In this document: one piece after another, positions 1 through 38,570 of the stretch
Numbering within the stretch: position 1 is the first letter of the stretch
How the letters are laid out: each line of letters begins with the position of its first letter
Origin: Macrostomum lignano
Lineage: Eukaryota
Assembly (NCBI GenBank): GCA_002269645.1
Contig: NIVC01000109.1
Span: forward strand, 248,001-312,000
DNA: 64,000 nucleotides
Direction: 5' to 3'
Position numbers and translations under genes: made by a program
Notes under the pieces: generated by a model
The model's input: the letters and a program-made list of their open reading frames with translations, nothing else
Databases searched by the model: none
What the model was told of the DNA's origin: nothing

Positions 1-2271
1 GTTGAACCTGACTTGACAAGTCAACTCTTAAGTACGCAATACTAACTCTAGCAAACTCTCGGCCGCTCTGTCTCACTCCTCTGAGAAGTAAACTGCCAGT
101 CTGCGAAGAAATTACAGCGAGTTACCTCCGCTTAAATTTCTTGGGCAAATTGCCTACGGGAGCTTTCGAGTTGTGGGTTTCAGGGACGGACCGGCTCAGT
201 GTGTCGACGCGATCTCACGCTCAGCTATTGCAGTCAGTCCGGCCAGCGGGATGAAGGGATTCTGTGACACACTAGATCTGGCCTAGACTCAACAATACAA
301 CGCCCTTTGAAAAAAATTAATAGTGTTAGAGAATCGCCGAGTTCAGTGCTAAAACAGTAGCACTGGCAACTACGTGTGTTATTCTTTATTTTAAATTGAA
401 CTTTTAAACACAAATGGGCCTGTTAACCCAAAGCAAGGCTCCGGACTGAACCAACCTTGAATCTAGATTATTACCTCGAAACATTTTGCTAGAAACACCG
501 AGACGTCTCATCCAGGTCTCCTGAGTAGGTCAAACTAGGGCTCTAAAAGAAAACTGCAATTCACAAATTGATGTGTATTTGAGTGAACTATTAAGAGCGA
601 TTTGAGTTAATCATTTCAACAAAATATACAAATACTTTTAGTTTGAAGTATAAAGATTGTGAGCAAACATGCTCGCATATAAACCTTATGCCTGTTTACT
701 TACAGAAAGAATCATAATGGATTGTAGTTTCTTTGAACTCCCATCGTTTGGGTCGTTCTTAAGTTGTCCTTGGGCGAATATTGGCACCCTAAGCTGGAAG
801 TGCTACCAAGTTGATCAAGTTGACTTTCCATTTTGCATTGCAGTAAAATCTCCGTGGGATGTCTTTCCTGCTCGCCGTGAAAGCTTGCAGAATCCTACGG
901 CTTTATTGAACAAAAAAACACAAATCGACGTTCATCTTCCTCTACCTCTAGCCTCGCCTGGTACCTGCAAACCGGGAAAATTCTGAACGTGTTTACTTAG
1001 CCGCGAACACCGGTTTCCAAGCAGAAAATGTTGGAAATCGATAGCAGCTCAATAGCTAGGCTAAAAATTCTGCTCTATTGTCTTGCGCGCTTCTTTTATT
1101 TCTGCTCGCCAGCTGCGCTTTCATTCAGGCTCGCTTCCTGAAGCGGGTCTAGAGATGGATGCAGGATGCGTATAGCTGCATGGGGGACAGAATGGTTGCA
1201 TATCTGCCCTGTACTAGCTATAAATGCGTGCTTGTATTGTGGCGAGACATTTAGCTAGAGAGGTGCCGCAGACAAATACCCGTTAGTGACCAGTGCAGCC
1301 TCTGTCGCCCTCGCACTTGACAGTAAACAACATTGCCATTAAACTCTGCATGGGGTCAAAGCGCCTAAGCTGGCTAAAGTCAATTACGTATGACAGAATG
1401 ACAGAAGACCCAAACACCCACAGGGGCTTTAGATTTAAATCGAAGATAGTCATCCAGTGAATCATAAATACGGCTCAACACACGGCTCTGTCTGTGACCA
1501 TGCATAGATATTGTAGATAGTCTGCTTCCCACTGAGAAATCGATGCATCTTCAAAAATAGGCTTTTCTATGCAAGCGACAAGTTTGCCGTCGGCTCTTTA
1601 ACTCTCTCCCACGGCTGGAGCAGATGCAGAAGGAAACGAGCAAAGCCTATTGTTCCCGCATCCCGTGGCAAAAATAAAGATAATGGATGGGAAGGAAGTC
1701 AAGAGCGGCAGGTCTCGGCCTGTCTCACTCATCCCAGAGGGGCCCGCGTCTCTGCCTATTCTTAATCCAAGCTCTGCCAGCCCCGCCTCCTCCCAGTTTC
1801 CAGAATTGCAGCCGCTCCCACTGCTTTTTTGCTTTCCATGTAGTTCCAGTTGCCATGGCTACCAGCCTCTGTTGTTTTCCTCTTTTTCTGTCCCCCCACC
1901 ACCTCCTTCTGTCCCACTGCTCTGCCGGAGGTTGGGAGAGGAGCGAGAGAGGGGAAGCCTGGACAAAAGCGGGCGGGGGGTTTGACGACAGTATGGACGG
2001 CGAGCCCAGCCTTCTCCCCTCTGCTTCCCGTGTTCCCACTTCCCGCAGCAAACACGGGATTCCTATCCCCAAATTTTTAGCTAAGATTCCTAATCCTCTC
2101 CCCCTGCCACCCCGTTCCATTCTCTGCCCCAGTCTCCAATCCCCAGACTGGGCGAATCTCTGTCTTGCGATGTGAGCTCGGGCAACAATGCAGCAGCAGC
2201 AGCAGCAATTGGCAAAACTGGATGTGGGACGGCGTCCTCACCTGCTCTCCCCCCAAACCCAACTCACCTGC

Positions 2272-2278
2272 TATAAAA
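2272..2278 (+). promoter_or_regulatory. Candidate TATA box of the secreted-protein gene
   Basis: TATAAAA ~150 nt upstream of the ATG at 2421; position only, no transcript data. Confidence 0.3.
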
Positions 2279-2420
2279 CTCTCGATCGATCCTCGGTTTA
2301 ATCCCCTCTCCGCTTCTCTCCGCCGTCTCAAAGTAACTTTCGAACTCAAACAGTTCGGCAGTTCTTCGTTTCCATCCCCTCAGCAGCCTTCGAGACTAAC
2401 TGCAGAGAACTTCGAGCTAA

Positions 2421-18387
<15,967 letters not shown>

Positions 18388-19238
18388 TCCGCGGCCTTCG
18401 AAAGGATTTCACGAAGCAAGGGGGAAAAACTCTCGTGTTGAAACATTGAACCAAAAGTCAGTGTTATAATCGATGTTAAACTTCATGGGTGTCCAATATT
18501 TTTCAATATTTTATTCATCTTTGCGCCTATCTGTCTTTGTCAGACAAAAGGATTTTTTTTGCTATTTTTCTCAAAAAGCAGTTTTCTCCTATCAAAAAAA
18601 ATTTCTGCCAAATCCCCCATACTTGTACACCTGCTCCAACCGTCCTGTAGTGCAAGGGTCTTTGTTCACGTCTTTGTCCTAAGAGCACTGGAAACAAACT
18701 GAAAACTAGCAATTTGTATGCAATATTTGCAGCGACTGACACGTGAATGAAGATACTGTAGTGTCTGCAATCTTTTTTTAATCAAGTAAAACAAATAATT
18801 ATGAAAACCGTTTAAACTACCCAAACATCGCAAATATAAAACGCCAACCGACTTCTAATCTACTGCCTTGTTCAAGCAGCCATATCTGTTTCCGGAGTGA
18901 GTTTTTCTCGCTTTCTTTAATCCTCGTCGTGCGATGATTTCCCGAGATTAACGACGCCGGCTTGTTGGCGGATTAGCAGGCCGAATGTCGCAGGCCAGGC
19001 GACTCTCAGCTTTTCAGCGCTGAAATCCGGGACCCCCCCTCCCTCCACCCGCCACCGAGCTCTGGAGCTCGCGAGCAGCCAATCCTGGCTCCTCATCCAG
19101 CCTCGAAAAACGACTTGGCAACAGTCTTCTCGAGTTTCTCGAGCTCGAACCCTACCACCCCCCTCTCAGCAACCAGGACTTAAAAATCAGCATCTTGCAA
19201 GAGAGTCGATCTCTGATTGAGCCAGGAACTGAGCAACC

Positions 19239-28823
<9,585 letters not shown>

Positions 28824-30725
28824 TCAGCAAACTGCACTTATTGGTACATTTCAATAGCTTATAACTAATAATGCAGTTATCAGATATTTTCATTCCACTC
28901 GGTGTCCAAAAGCTTTTCCAATAGATATGCGCTTTACGAGAATGAAAAAATAAAAAAATTAAAAAATTCACCGCGAAGTTTTCCGCGAAATTGATGCAGT
29001 CTAACGTATAGTCCTATTGGGACGCCAATAATTTCCGGTTTGAGGAAACGAAACTTTCTAAGAAATTTCTTCTTTTCAATTCTGACAATTGCTTTCTGAT
29101 CCTTTTACTTTTAGTAGTAAAACAAACGTGTTTTAATATAAATTTTGACAATTTTAATTAATCAGCGCTTATTTCGGAAAGTAGAAAACCAGCTGGGCTG
29201 TGCACAATATTTTTTTTACATATGTGACATGATGACATGAAGAAGTAATGCTATGCTTATGAAACAACAAAATAGAAAAAATAATGCAAATTATTACAAC
29301 AATTAATTAAGGAAGCGGTTTAAGAGCAGGAACGTTACATTAGGAGAGCTTTTTGAGTTTGAACTTTAAAAGTCGAATTGTTCCAGATTTCATTTGAAAT
29401 AAATAATTTATTATAGGAATTAGGGCTTTAAGATTACAGCTCTTTCGATTTTCTTTTGATCACTCTATAAAAATAATTCAGAAAAATAATGAATACTTTT
29501 TTAGTCTAACTAACACGAGAACTACCAAGGGAGAACTCCCCCTTGATAATGCTTGATAATGCTTTGCTGTGCACCTTCTCAAACAAGAATCAAGTCGCCA
29601 GCCCTCCGGACCGTCGAGATATTCAATGATACTGCCAGAAGGTCAGATATGTCCCACAAGCGCCAGTGTATTCAGTACACCTTCAGTGCAGTCTTGCCAA
29701 GCCTCCAAATTTCTACATGTGCCTGCATCAGCTCTGACTTCGTTGGTCACTGGCCTTCACCCACGCGGAGCTTCTGGACCTTCAACAGGTGGCACCAGGT
29801 GACTATGGATACACTGATCCGAATTTCTCTAGTATCGCTGATCAAGCCTCGACAATGGGCAAATCACAACTGCTGGACATCCTCAGTTGGTCTCTCAAGC
29901 ATTCGTCATAACCCCGACGCCGTCGGCACCTTCAAAAGATGGCACCAGGTGACTATGGAGATCCTGATGCAACTCTGTCAGATTTTTTATTAAGCTTCAA
30001 TAATGGGGCAAAACTCTGAAGCCACCTGTTGAAGGTCCAGAAGCTCCGCCTGGGTGAAAGCCAGCGACCAACGAAGTCAGAGCTGACGCGGAGTGCTGAC
30101 TGGAGCACAGGAGTGTACTGAATACACTGGCGCTTATGGCGAATATCCGACCTTCCGGCAGAATCGTTGAATATCTCTTGGCTCTATGGCGACTTGATTC
30201 TTGCTTGAGAAGGTGCGCAAAAAATTTAGCCCGTGTTCTTGAATTTCGTGTGCCTGCGTACAGACGTACAAATTTAAGCAAATGATAAATTAATGATTTA
30301 TACTAAAAAACTAATTTAGTCTAACTTGTAATTTCTAATACAATATTGAGATAGACTAATATTAAAAAACAAACTATATAAACTAACTAACTAATTAATA
30401 TATAAAACAACTTCAACTCCAGTTCGATACGATCAAGAATATAAATTCAAACAAATTAGTTATTACTTTTGAGTAACAAAAGTCTTCATCAAAATATGGT
30501 TTATCAATTTGACGATATGCTAAGATCCAAAAACCCAGGCGCGATCTACAACAAAACATTTTTTCTATGCCACGAAAAAAGTCAACCATCACGGAAAATA
30601 TAAAAATGCAAATAACTATAAGACGTTTGGAGGCCGACAAGGTTTCTTTCTACTCACACGCTTCATTGGCCAGCTGATGGAAATGCAGTCGCTGCAGTTG
30701 ACCCGTCTCTCTAGCGTCAAGTAAG

Positions 30726-33700
30726 TCACTTTAAAGGCCTCTTCAAAGAACGCCCGACTCCTGCAACTTAAATACTCGCAAATTGAAAAAAATGATTGAT
30801 TTACTGAATTGAATTTTAGAAAGTGTCAAATATTTGCGTCCTCACCCAGATTTGGTGGAAAAGATTGTCGGAAAAAAACGATGTCAAGCAGTTTGCTGTT
30901 GAATCCGTTGCTAAGGACGCTAACCTCAGCCTTAAGCCGGTCATTTGTAGTTTCGTGCCGGACGTCGGGTGATTTCACGAGTAAAATGTGCTGGAGGAAC
31001 AGCAGTTGGAAGCATCAAAAGTGAGTAGGCACAGAATTTATGCAGACTCCCAAACCTTATTCAAACTGACCGTACCTTCCTCAGTTCGTGCACGTCGCTA
31101 ACGAAGACAACGCGCTCTCTTTTGATATCGTTGAAGCACGAGAAGTGGACTTTTACTTGACCTTTTTGAATTCCTAAAAAGTTTAAAATATTTTACCTGC
31201 AATTTTAAGTCAATTTTGAGAGTGCCTGGCCTAAAACAAATAGCGACGTTCGATCGTTTCGTAGAATAGATTATTCTCGTACAAATACCCTCGTTGGGTC
31301 TAAAACATTTGGAACTTTGAACATAGTGCTACCATTTCTACTAAAACTTTTCAAGACACTAACTGCCCCGTCCATCTACTACTAGTGGTCCTTGATCAGA
31401 CCTGCGGTGGAGGCCTTAGTGTGGATGGCGATCGTGCAGCCGCCATCCATTGGCGCTTCCGCCGGATTCAACGCGATGACGTCAATGTTCTTCTTTTCCT
31501 CTAAAACACACATTTGTGGAATCATTCTGTACATGAACAGAACAACATGAGTCGATCAGAGTATCACAGAAACTCACTGTCACTGACGATCTTGTCACTA
31601 AACACTGTGCTAAGCAGCCATTCTCGATAGAAAATATCGCAATAGGTGAGCGAGAATGCCAGACGAATCTGAGCCAAGTTGGTCTGGGTGTACTGAGCTG
31701 ACGGCCCTGTAGGACAATCGCTGGGGGTCGGCACATCCCTGAGTCTGGCTTCCATGGCTTTCTCCATGCTCGCTTTGTTCTTCTTTGGCACACAGATCAC
31801 GGACAGCCTGTCGAAGCTGAAAAATTCAAGTGCGTGGGAAACTTCGAGCATGCCTGCAAATCACTATAAGCAACCCTGTACAACTAAACTGGAGCGACTC
31901 TTCCTAGGAAGCCTCAATGTTCAATTCGCTTCACTCCTTAGGAACAAAGCGAGGAGCGTAGCGAACATAGAGGCATCCTTGACTCTTTGCAAATAGTTTC
32001 TTCACTCTAATAGATAAACAACATTTCATTTTAAGTAGAGGCGGGTTGACAGTATATACTAATGCTGATATTGCCAATGAAATGCTAATTCACGACCGTA
32101 GATAGGCTATAATTGACAACAAATTTCATCGTTTCCGAGTCAGTATAAAAAAATATTTCTCTCGAACGAGTTTGTCTATGGTAAAATCCTATTTCCCAAG
32201 CGTAAATGAAAAAAGCTGATCTTTGCGAAATCTGTTTGTTGTTAAATAGGGCTAGCAGCTAAAGCTTGGCGTGCTCTTGAAGAGGCTGGGTGTACCAACT
32301 TTTATTATTTTCACGGCTTGACTCATCGTCAGTCCAGCTTGGTGTACTTGCGGGCGCAAAACTACCCCCCCCCTCAGACAGGGTCGACCGTGGGCTTCCA
32401 AGCTCAACCAGATCAGCACGAACTCCCTAACATGTATTATACATGAGGGCAGCGAACATTTGATCTCACTCCAACGTGCTAAAGTGAGAGCCAGTCGACA
32501 AGCGGTAAACGCACTTCTAGGCTTAGGATCCCCAGAGGCATGATGCCTTTCCAGGCGGTCCATTTACCAGATAGGTTCATCTAGCTCATAGGCAGCTGAT
32601 CTACCTAAATCAACGGTCATCTACCTGAAAAACGGGCAATTGAGTCTCTGGCAGGGACACACTAGAAACTTCAGGGCGAAAACTGTTCCTGTCCCTGAAA
32701 TCTGTTCAGGGAGCACGATTTTGCAGTGGAAACCAGCCCTCCCGTGGCCCAGTCGCTCCTCGTGCCACTCACCAGATGTCCCAAACTGCTTTACCATCCA
32801 ATGCATCAACAGGCTTCTTCAGCTGGAAATATCCGTTACTGCAGTGGTCTCCGTGCAGGTAGTACGGATGAGGAGCATTCTCCTCGGCGCTCACGGTGCA
32901 CACAGTCAGCTGCAGCTGCGAGTGCACAGCTGGGTCGATGTCGCTGACGCGAACTCTCATGAAGCTCTTGTTGCCATCGGTGGAGCTCCTGCCGAGCAGC
33001 AGGCCACCAACTCTGCCGCTGTCCTTCTCGATCTCCGACTCGTAGCGAAATCGGTGATACAGAGCCGGCTGCTCCTCGATGGTCAGCGAAGGCGGCTGCA
33101 ACTCAGCAATGTAGAGGAGCTCAGCAATTCCAGTGTTGACGGGGGGTCCGAGAGGCCCGGAAAAGGTCGATTGATACTAGAAACGTTCATAGAGCAGTTG
33201 TTGTGGTTTTTCATGCACGCTTTGCTAATTTCACATTTTAATTTTTTAGCTTTGTGAAATAATCCACTAATTATAATGCGCTCTGGATGAGGCTTCCATT
33301 CTTGAACCAGCTTCCACTACAGGTCTGCCTGCTTCCACTAAGTTAGAAATATATTGAATACTACTTCTTTTCTGCTCTTTTCTGTGAAAAAACGCAAATG
33401 TAAGGCCAGCAGCAATAACACTGCTTTTGCTGTACGAGATTCCTAACTGACGCTGTTTCTAAAAATAGCTCAGTGCAGTCCCTGTGTGTTCATTTTAAAG
33501 CGCTTTTTTGGCACGGCCAGGGAATTTCCGGGGATTTACTCTCTGCAGATTACAAGGAACTTGCAGCTAACTAATGTTTTAACTTAGATGTCTTTTGTCA
33601 ACCTAAACCAAAATAAGTAGGTTTCATTTCTGATTCCTTACCGAAAAATCAATTTGTATTATCTACAAGAGTCAAGTTAAAACATTACTTTTTGCTCCGG

Positions 33701-34367
33701 CCCTGCTTGGATTCAACCACAGGGACATCAGGGCGGTGATCATGGCCCTCTCAGGCCCTGGCTCCTTTGACAGGCATCGTTATCTTCAGGGAATAGAGAT
33801 CTGCCTCTCCGATGTCGAGAAGGCGAAGCAAGGGCTATCGGGCGAGCGACCATCCACCCTTCTGGACTCTCCAGAGGGGGGCCGCACTGCGGGCACCGGC
33901 ACCACTGGATCTCCTGGCAATCACGCCGCAGCACCAGCTGTCTGTGATTGCCAGGAGCCAGCAGAATGGGCTGCAACGCCTCCTCGCTGTATCCGGCCTC
34001 CCGGAGCCCCCAATGCCCGGAGCTATGTCAAGTTACTTAAAGCTTTCAACTTTTAACTTCAGTTAATAGCTTTCAACAGTTTACTGGAAATATTAATTTT
34101 TTTAGATTTACACAGAGCTACATAAGATTTACACCTGTAAAAAATTTAAAAACTTCATTAAGAAACGTCTTCAAAACCAGTTTTAAATGAAAACTTTTGC
34201 CAAGAAATCAAAATGAATGAGAAGCAATACTTACGATTGTCCACTGGGCCATTGATTATTTATCAAAGCAAACAACAAGGACTTACTAGAATATAACGAA
34301 GTGTTCCTAGTGGTCCTTTACAAACAAATTTTCCTAAACTATCCGATTCACTAGTGTCCATCTCCAT
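30726..34367 (-). CDS. NF-kB/Rel-like protein copy A (RHD + IPT + basic tail, no ankyrin repeats), ~340-366 aa
   Basis: Exons (minus): putative first exon 34367-34287 (MEMDTSES..., uncertain), 33176-32773, 31816-31578, 31500-31402, 31173-31076, 30990-30846, 30760-30726 (TGA). Motifs: LTIEEQP..YHRFRYESE, GLLLGRSSTDGNKSF, PHPYYLHGDHCSNGYF, FDRLSVICVPKK, QIRLAFSL, VFSDKIV, GIQKGQVKVHF, LLVKSPDV, KRPLK-stop. These align by eye with RelA/p50 EQP..RFRYxCE, PHPHELVGKDCRDG, FQNLGIQCVKK, VRLCFQ, VQKDDIEVRF, IVFRTP. Confidence 0.8.
33520..33529. promoter_or_regulatory. Perfect kB-consensus site GGGAATTTCC upstream of the copy A RHD exon
   Basis: Exact match to GGGRNWYYCC. Several degenerate-consensus matches are expected by chance in 64 kb, so function is unproven. 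Confidence 0.25.
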
Positions 34368-34468
34368 GCTAAAATATAATAATAAAACGGATTTTAATCC
34401 GTGGTTGGACCACGGTAAATCCGGGGGAATTCTCGTGGACAAAAGTTGTACGGAGAGACAGAGACGGT

Positions 34469-34688
<220 letters not shown>

Positions 34689-35200
34689 CAAAAAGCGGAC
34701 ACCCGATATGTACACCCGAAAGTAGCTTCCCGACAGAAATAGCACTGTACAGTACAGTATACAGATGCACTGATGCACAGATCAGGGGCTGTTTGTACAG
34801 ATGGAGTTGTGCTTTGAACCGCGGGGAAAGAAAGAAAGCACGACAAATAGTGGCTGGAAGCAAAACTTTTAGGTGAACCAAAACTTGCAGACGAATTTAT
34901 TGTACGGTGGAGGAAAAAGTAAAAGAAAAAAACTGAGCAGCAAACAAGACATCTAGATAGGCTGACCCATCCCACCAAACTCATACTAAATTAGTATTTT
35001 ATTAAGTACTAAATAAACTTCGCTTATGCAAAAACCAAAATCCTATGCATCATTTTTTTCATAGACGCTTGCACATGTACGATCCATGTATAGAGGCTTT
35101 GAATATCAGACTTGAGTCATAATGTTCATAATCAAAGACTGTCTTGAATGAAAGTCAACGCTTATATTTAAGAGCTTGACGTCAGCTGCTTACGTCATCA

Positions 35201-37195
35201 TTATCGTCGCAGCCTCTTCAGAGAAGTTCGGGATTCTGGCAGAAACACAATACAGAGGCTCTCGCTTTTGAATCCGTCGCTATGGACAGTGACCTCGCAT
35301 TTCATCCGGTCCTTGAAACCTGAACTCCTCACATCGGGCGTCCTCACTAGCAAAAAGTGCTGGAAAAAATTAAATTTACTATTAAAAGTGCTCCTGTAAT
35401 GCAGAACATATAAAAGGGTTTGCGTTTACCTTCTTAACCACCTCGACGTCCACCACGAACTCAGTTTGGCTTCCAGTGGCTATATTGGTAACTGCAAAAT
35501 GCACCTTTATGTTACTCCTACAAATGCCTGCAATAGAAGCATTTTAGTTTGAAGGATCAACATTAAATTCAATGTAAAAGTAGCTGAAATATCTTGGATA
35601 GCTTCGAAACAAGGCGCACCTGTTGTAGGGGTGGCGGTGTGGATCGCCAGCATGCTGCCATCCCCCATTAGTACTTCCGTTGGATTCAGACAATCGATCT
35701 CAATTCTCTTTTTTAGATCTGAAATTATTTCGAGATATTGATAAAAAATCATCAACTGAGAGTTGAAGACAGAATCGAGAAACTCACTTTCACCGACGAT
35801 CTCGTCGCTAAACACCGTACTCAGATGCCATTCTCTACCGAAGACATCGCTGAATGAGAGCGAGAACGCCAGACTAATGCGATCCAAGCTTTTGCTTGTG
35901 TATCGAGTTGATGTAGCTGTGGGATCTGAAACAGCACAAAGTTGCCAAAGTTGCAAGCAAAAATTTCTTTTTGATCAAAAACTCTATGTACATCCTTATG
36001 TGACGTGGCACACAAAAGTGGAGGGTCAAACCTCGCGCAGGCACACCGAGACCGAAGGCTTGTTTGCCTTTGTCAGTCAGCAATAGCCACACCCCGTCAT
36101 CTCCCACCACTCTTAGAGCGCACAGACGTTTCTTTAATGCTGCCATTTCTTTTATGGCGACATTTTTCGAGCTATGTCAAGATTTGACGATTTAAATCTT
36201 TATTCGGCTACTTTCCAAAGTAATCTAAATTTAATCTTTAGTTAATAATTAGGAAAGCCACAAGCAGACCAAAAATCAGCCAAAAAGGACTTCAGATTCC
36301 TTTTTTACACCCAGTCTCAACGAAAGGGGCCCAAGAAAAAAAATAGTCAATTTTAAAGTCTCTAAACGAAAAAATGGTGTCACGACACAGCATCTGTTAA
36401 AAAAACCTTTGGTTTAAAAATTAGAGTACTCATTCCTTAGTATATCATTGATTTCTCAGCGAATTCACCAATTCAGAAAGCAAAAATGTCTCACAATCTC
36501 TGAGCTGCGGAAAGCTTCTGCGTCTGTCTTCCAGGCTTTTCTCGATTTCCTTTTTCCTTAACTTTGGCACGCAGATGACAGCCAGTCTGTCAAAGCTGGA
36601 AAATGAGAAATCGTTTTCGTCTTGTATTGTTTAAAATGAAACTACCGGAACTGCTAAAAGAAAAGTGAATATACAACTATATTACGAAAACCATAATTAG
36701 AAGCTTGTTTTAGCTTAGTTTATTGACTCACGTGATCTCCCATTCACCACCAGAATCTCTCAATGCATCAACAGACTTCTTCAGCTGGAAATATCCGTTG
36801 CTGCAGTGGTCCCCGTGCAGGTAGTACGGATGAGGAGCCTTCTCCTCGGCGCTCACGGTGCACACAGTCAGCTGCAGCTGCGAGTGCACAGCTGGGTCGA
36901 TGCCGCTGACGCGAACTCTCACGAAGCTCTTGTTGCCATCGGTGGAGCTCCTGCCGAGCAGCAGGCCGCCAACTCTGCCGCTGTCCATATGGATATCCGA
37001 CTCGTAGCGATATCGGTAGAACCGAACCGGCTGCTCCTCGATGGTCAGCGTCGGCGGCTGCAGCTCCTTCAGGCTGAGGATCTGGGGCTCCTCTTGAAGC
37101 AGAAAGTCTCTGCCAATCACCTGGGTCGTCGTTGCCTTCAAAACGAGTAGAGGCTGGCTTGAACTTTCCATTTTTACATCTCGAAACGTCAGCAT
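35201..37195 (-). CDS. NF-kB/Rel-like protein copy B (RHD + IPT + NLS), ~352 aa
   Basis: Exons (minus): 37195-36732 (in-frame ATG; a further 5' exon is possible), 36595-36495, 35925-35788, 35718-35620, 35527-35430, 35359-35201 (TAA); phases consistent. FYRYRYESD loop, FDRLAVICVPKLRKKEIEKSLEDRR, LDRISLAFSL, LLVRTPDV, ends SLKRLRR-stop. Confidence 0.85.
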
Positions 37196-37899
37196 TGATC
37201 GATGCGTTTCAGCGGCATTAAAAAGTAATCTTGCCTACTTGTTACTGACGATGATGCCGAAGGCATTGTACCAGGGTACCCGCAACACTCCAGCAAATAT
37301 TAATGACATTATCACTGGTAACTCTATCTAATCGTCCTTTCAAATATACATCACATGGTGGCACAGCTACATGTAAGTTATAAACCCTGATAATTAAGTA
37401 GCTGAAGGCCTGTCATGAGTAAGAGTACATTTTTGAATTTTTGAATTTCATAAACCCTAGCCTAGAACAGTTATGCAATATCGAGTCGAAAAAGAGGTCT
37501 GGATAATGCATGACCTGTCTTAGATCACATGAAACAATTAGCTAGCTCTTGGCCAGGTGGAGTATCAACCTGGAAATTGGTTGAAAACTATTATCCAGCT
37601 ATTATATTGGCAGAAAGCAACTCACCATCTTGTCTGTAAATTTCAATAAGAAACAAATTTAATAGATTTCACGAGCAATTGATCTTGATAGTCAGGATAA
37701 GGTACCAAAATGCATTTTATGCCCGCAGGGCGAAGTACCTTGTACGATTGTGAATTGCAGTGTAGTGGCCGTAGGAGCGCACCCCACTGCGAGCCTTTCA
37801 CGAACGCTCGTAGCAAACATTGTCCCTTCTTTCAACTTCTATAAATAAATTTGACGTAAGAATTAAATTCTGGTGTGCACAACAAGTGTGCCGCACGCT

Positions 37900-38570
37900 G
37901 GAAAAATTCTGCCAGAGCAACAAACATAACCGCGGCGCAGACGGGCAGAGGACCACGCTCGCACGCTGCTTGCGGTTCACCTCGGCGGTCTTGTGCCCCA
38001 CGTGAAAGAGGACCTCCGACGGCGCAGAGGACTTGCCTGGGCGGCCTTCCATTCGATTTGGGTCGTCCTCCAGTCCGAAGCGCTGCCCGACCGCCAGAGA
38101 GCTCGGCTGTGGCCTGGCGGTGGTCGAAACCGTCCTGCATACTAAGCCGAGACGTGGACGCTGACGGCTACGCTAATCACGGCTGCTACGCGCGGCCTTT
38201 CGAGCTGTCGAGAGCGTCGGGAAAGAGGCTCTGTACCTCTGTACAGCTTATAGAATTTCGAGTGCAATTTACAGGTGGATTCTGGGCAGCTGCAGCGCCC
38301 GTCCATCATCCATCATCCATCATCATCGGCAACTTCAACTTGCGGGCCACGTGATCCAGTCCGAGGGCTACTGCCCCCAACCTGTTCAGGACGCCCTGCT
38401 GCACATCTTGCAGGGCCCGTTCAGGCAGGCTCAGGCCCAAACCCGCCGATACATGAACGTGGACTGCTTGCTGTGCGACGCAGGGGCACCCGACACTGCC
38501 AAAGGGGCGGACTTTCGAATTCCGCTCTCAAGCTCTGCGGCGCGCCATCTGACGCACCCTCACTGTGACC
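37900..38570 (+). mobile_element. Degenerate RTE-type non-LTR retrotransposon fragment (RT C-terminal region)
   Basis: Frameshifted translation LGGLVPHVKEDLRRRRGLAWAAF..VLQSEALPDRQRARL..VVETVL...ETWTLTATL and RQLQLAGHVIQSEGYCPQPVQDALL...RY..VDCLLCDAG, the pattern of RTE/LINE ORF2 ends. Confidence 0.7.

Noticed and set aside
669-2350. Short ORFs and the pyrimidine/purine-skewed block upstream of the first gene
   Set aside because: Low complexity, no recognisable domain or coherent exon chain.
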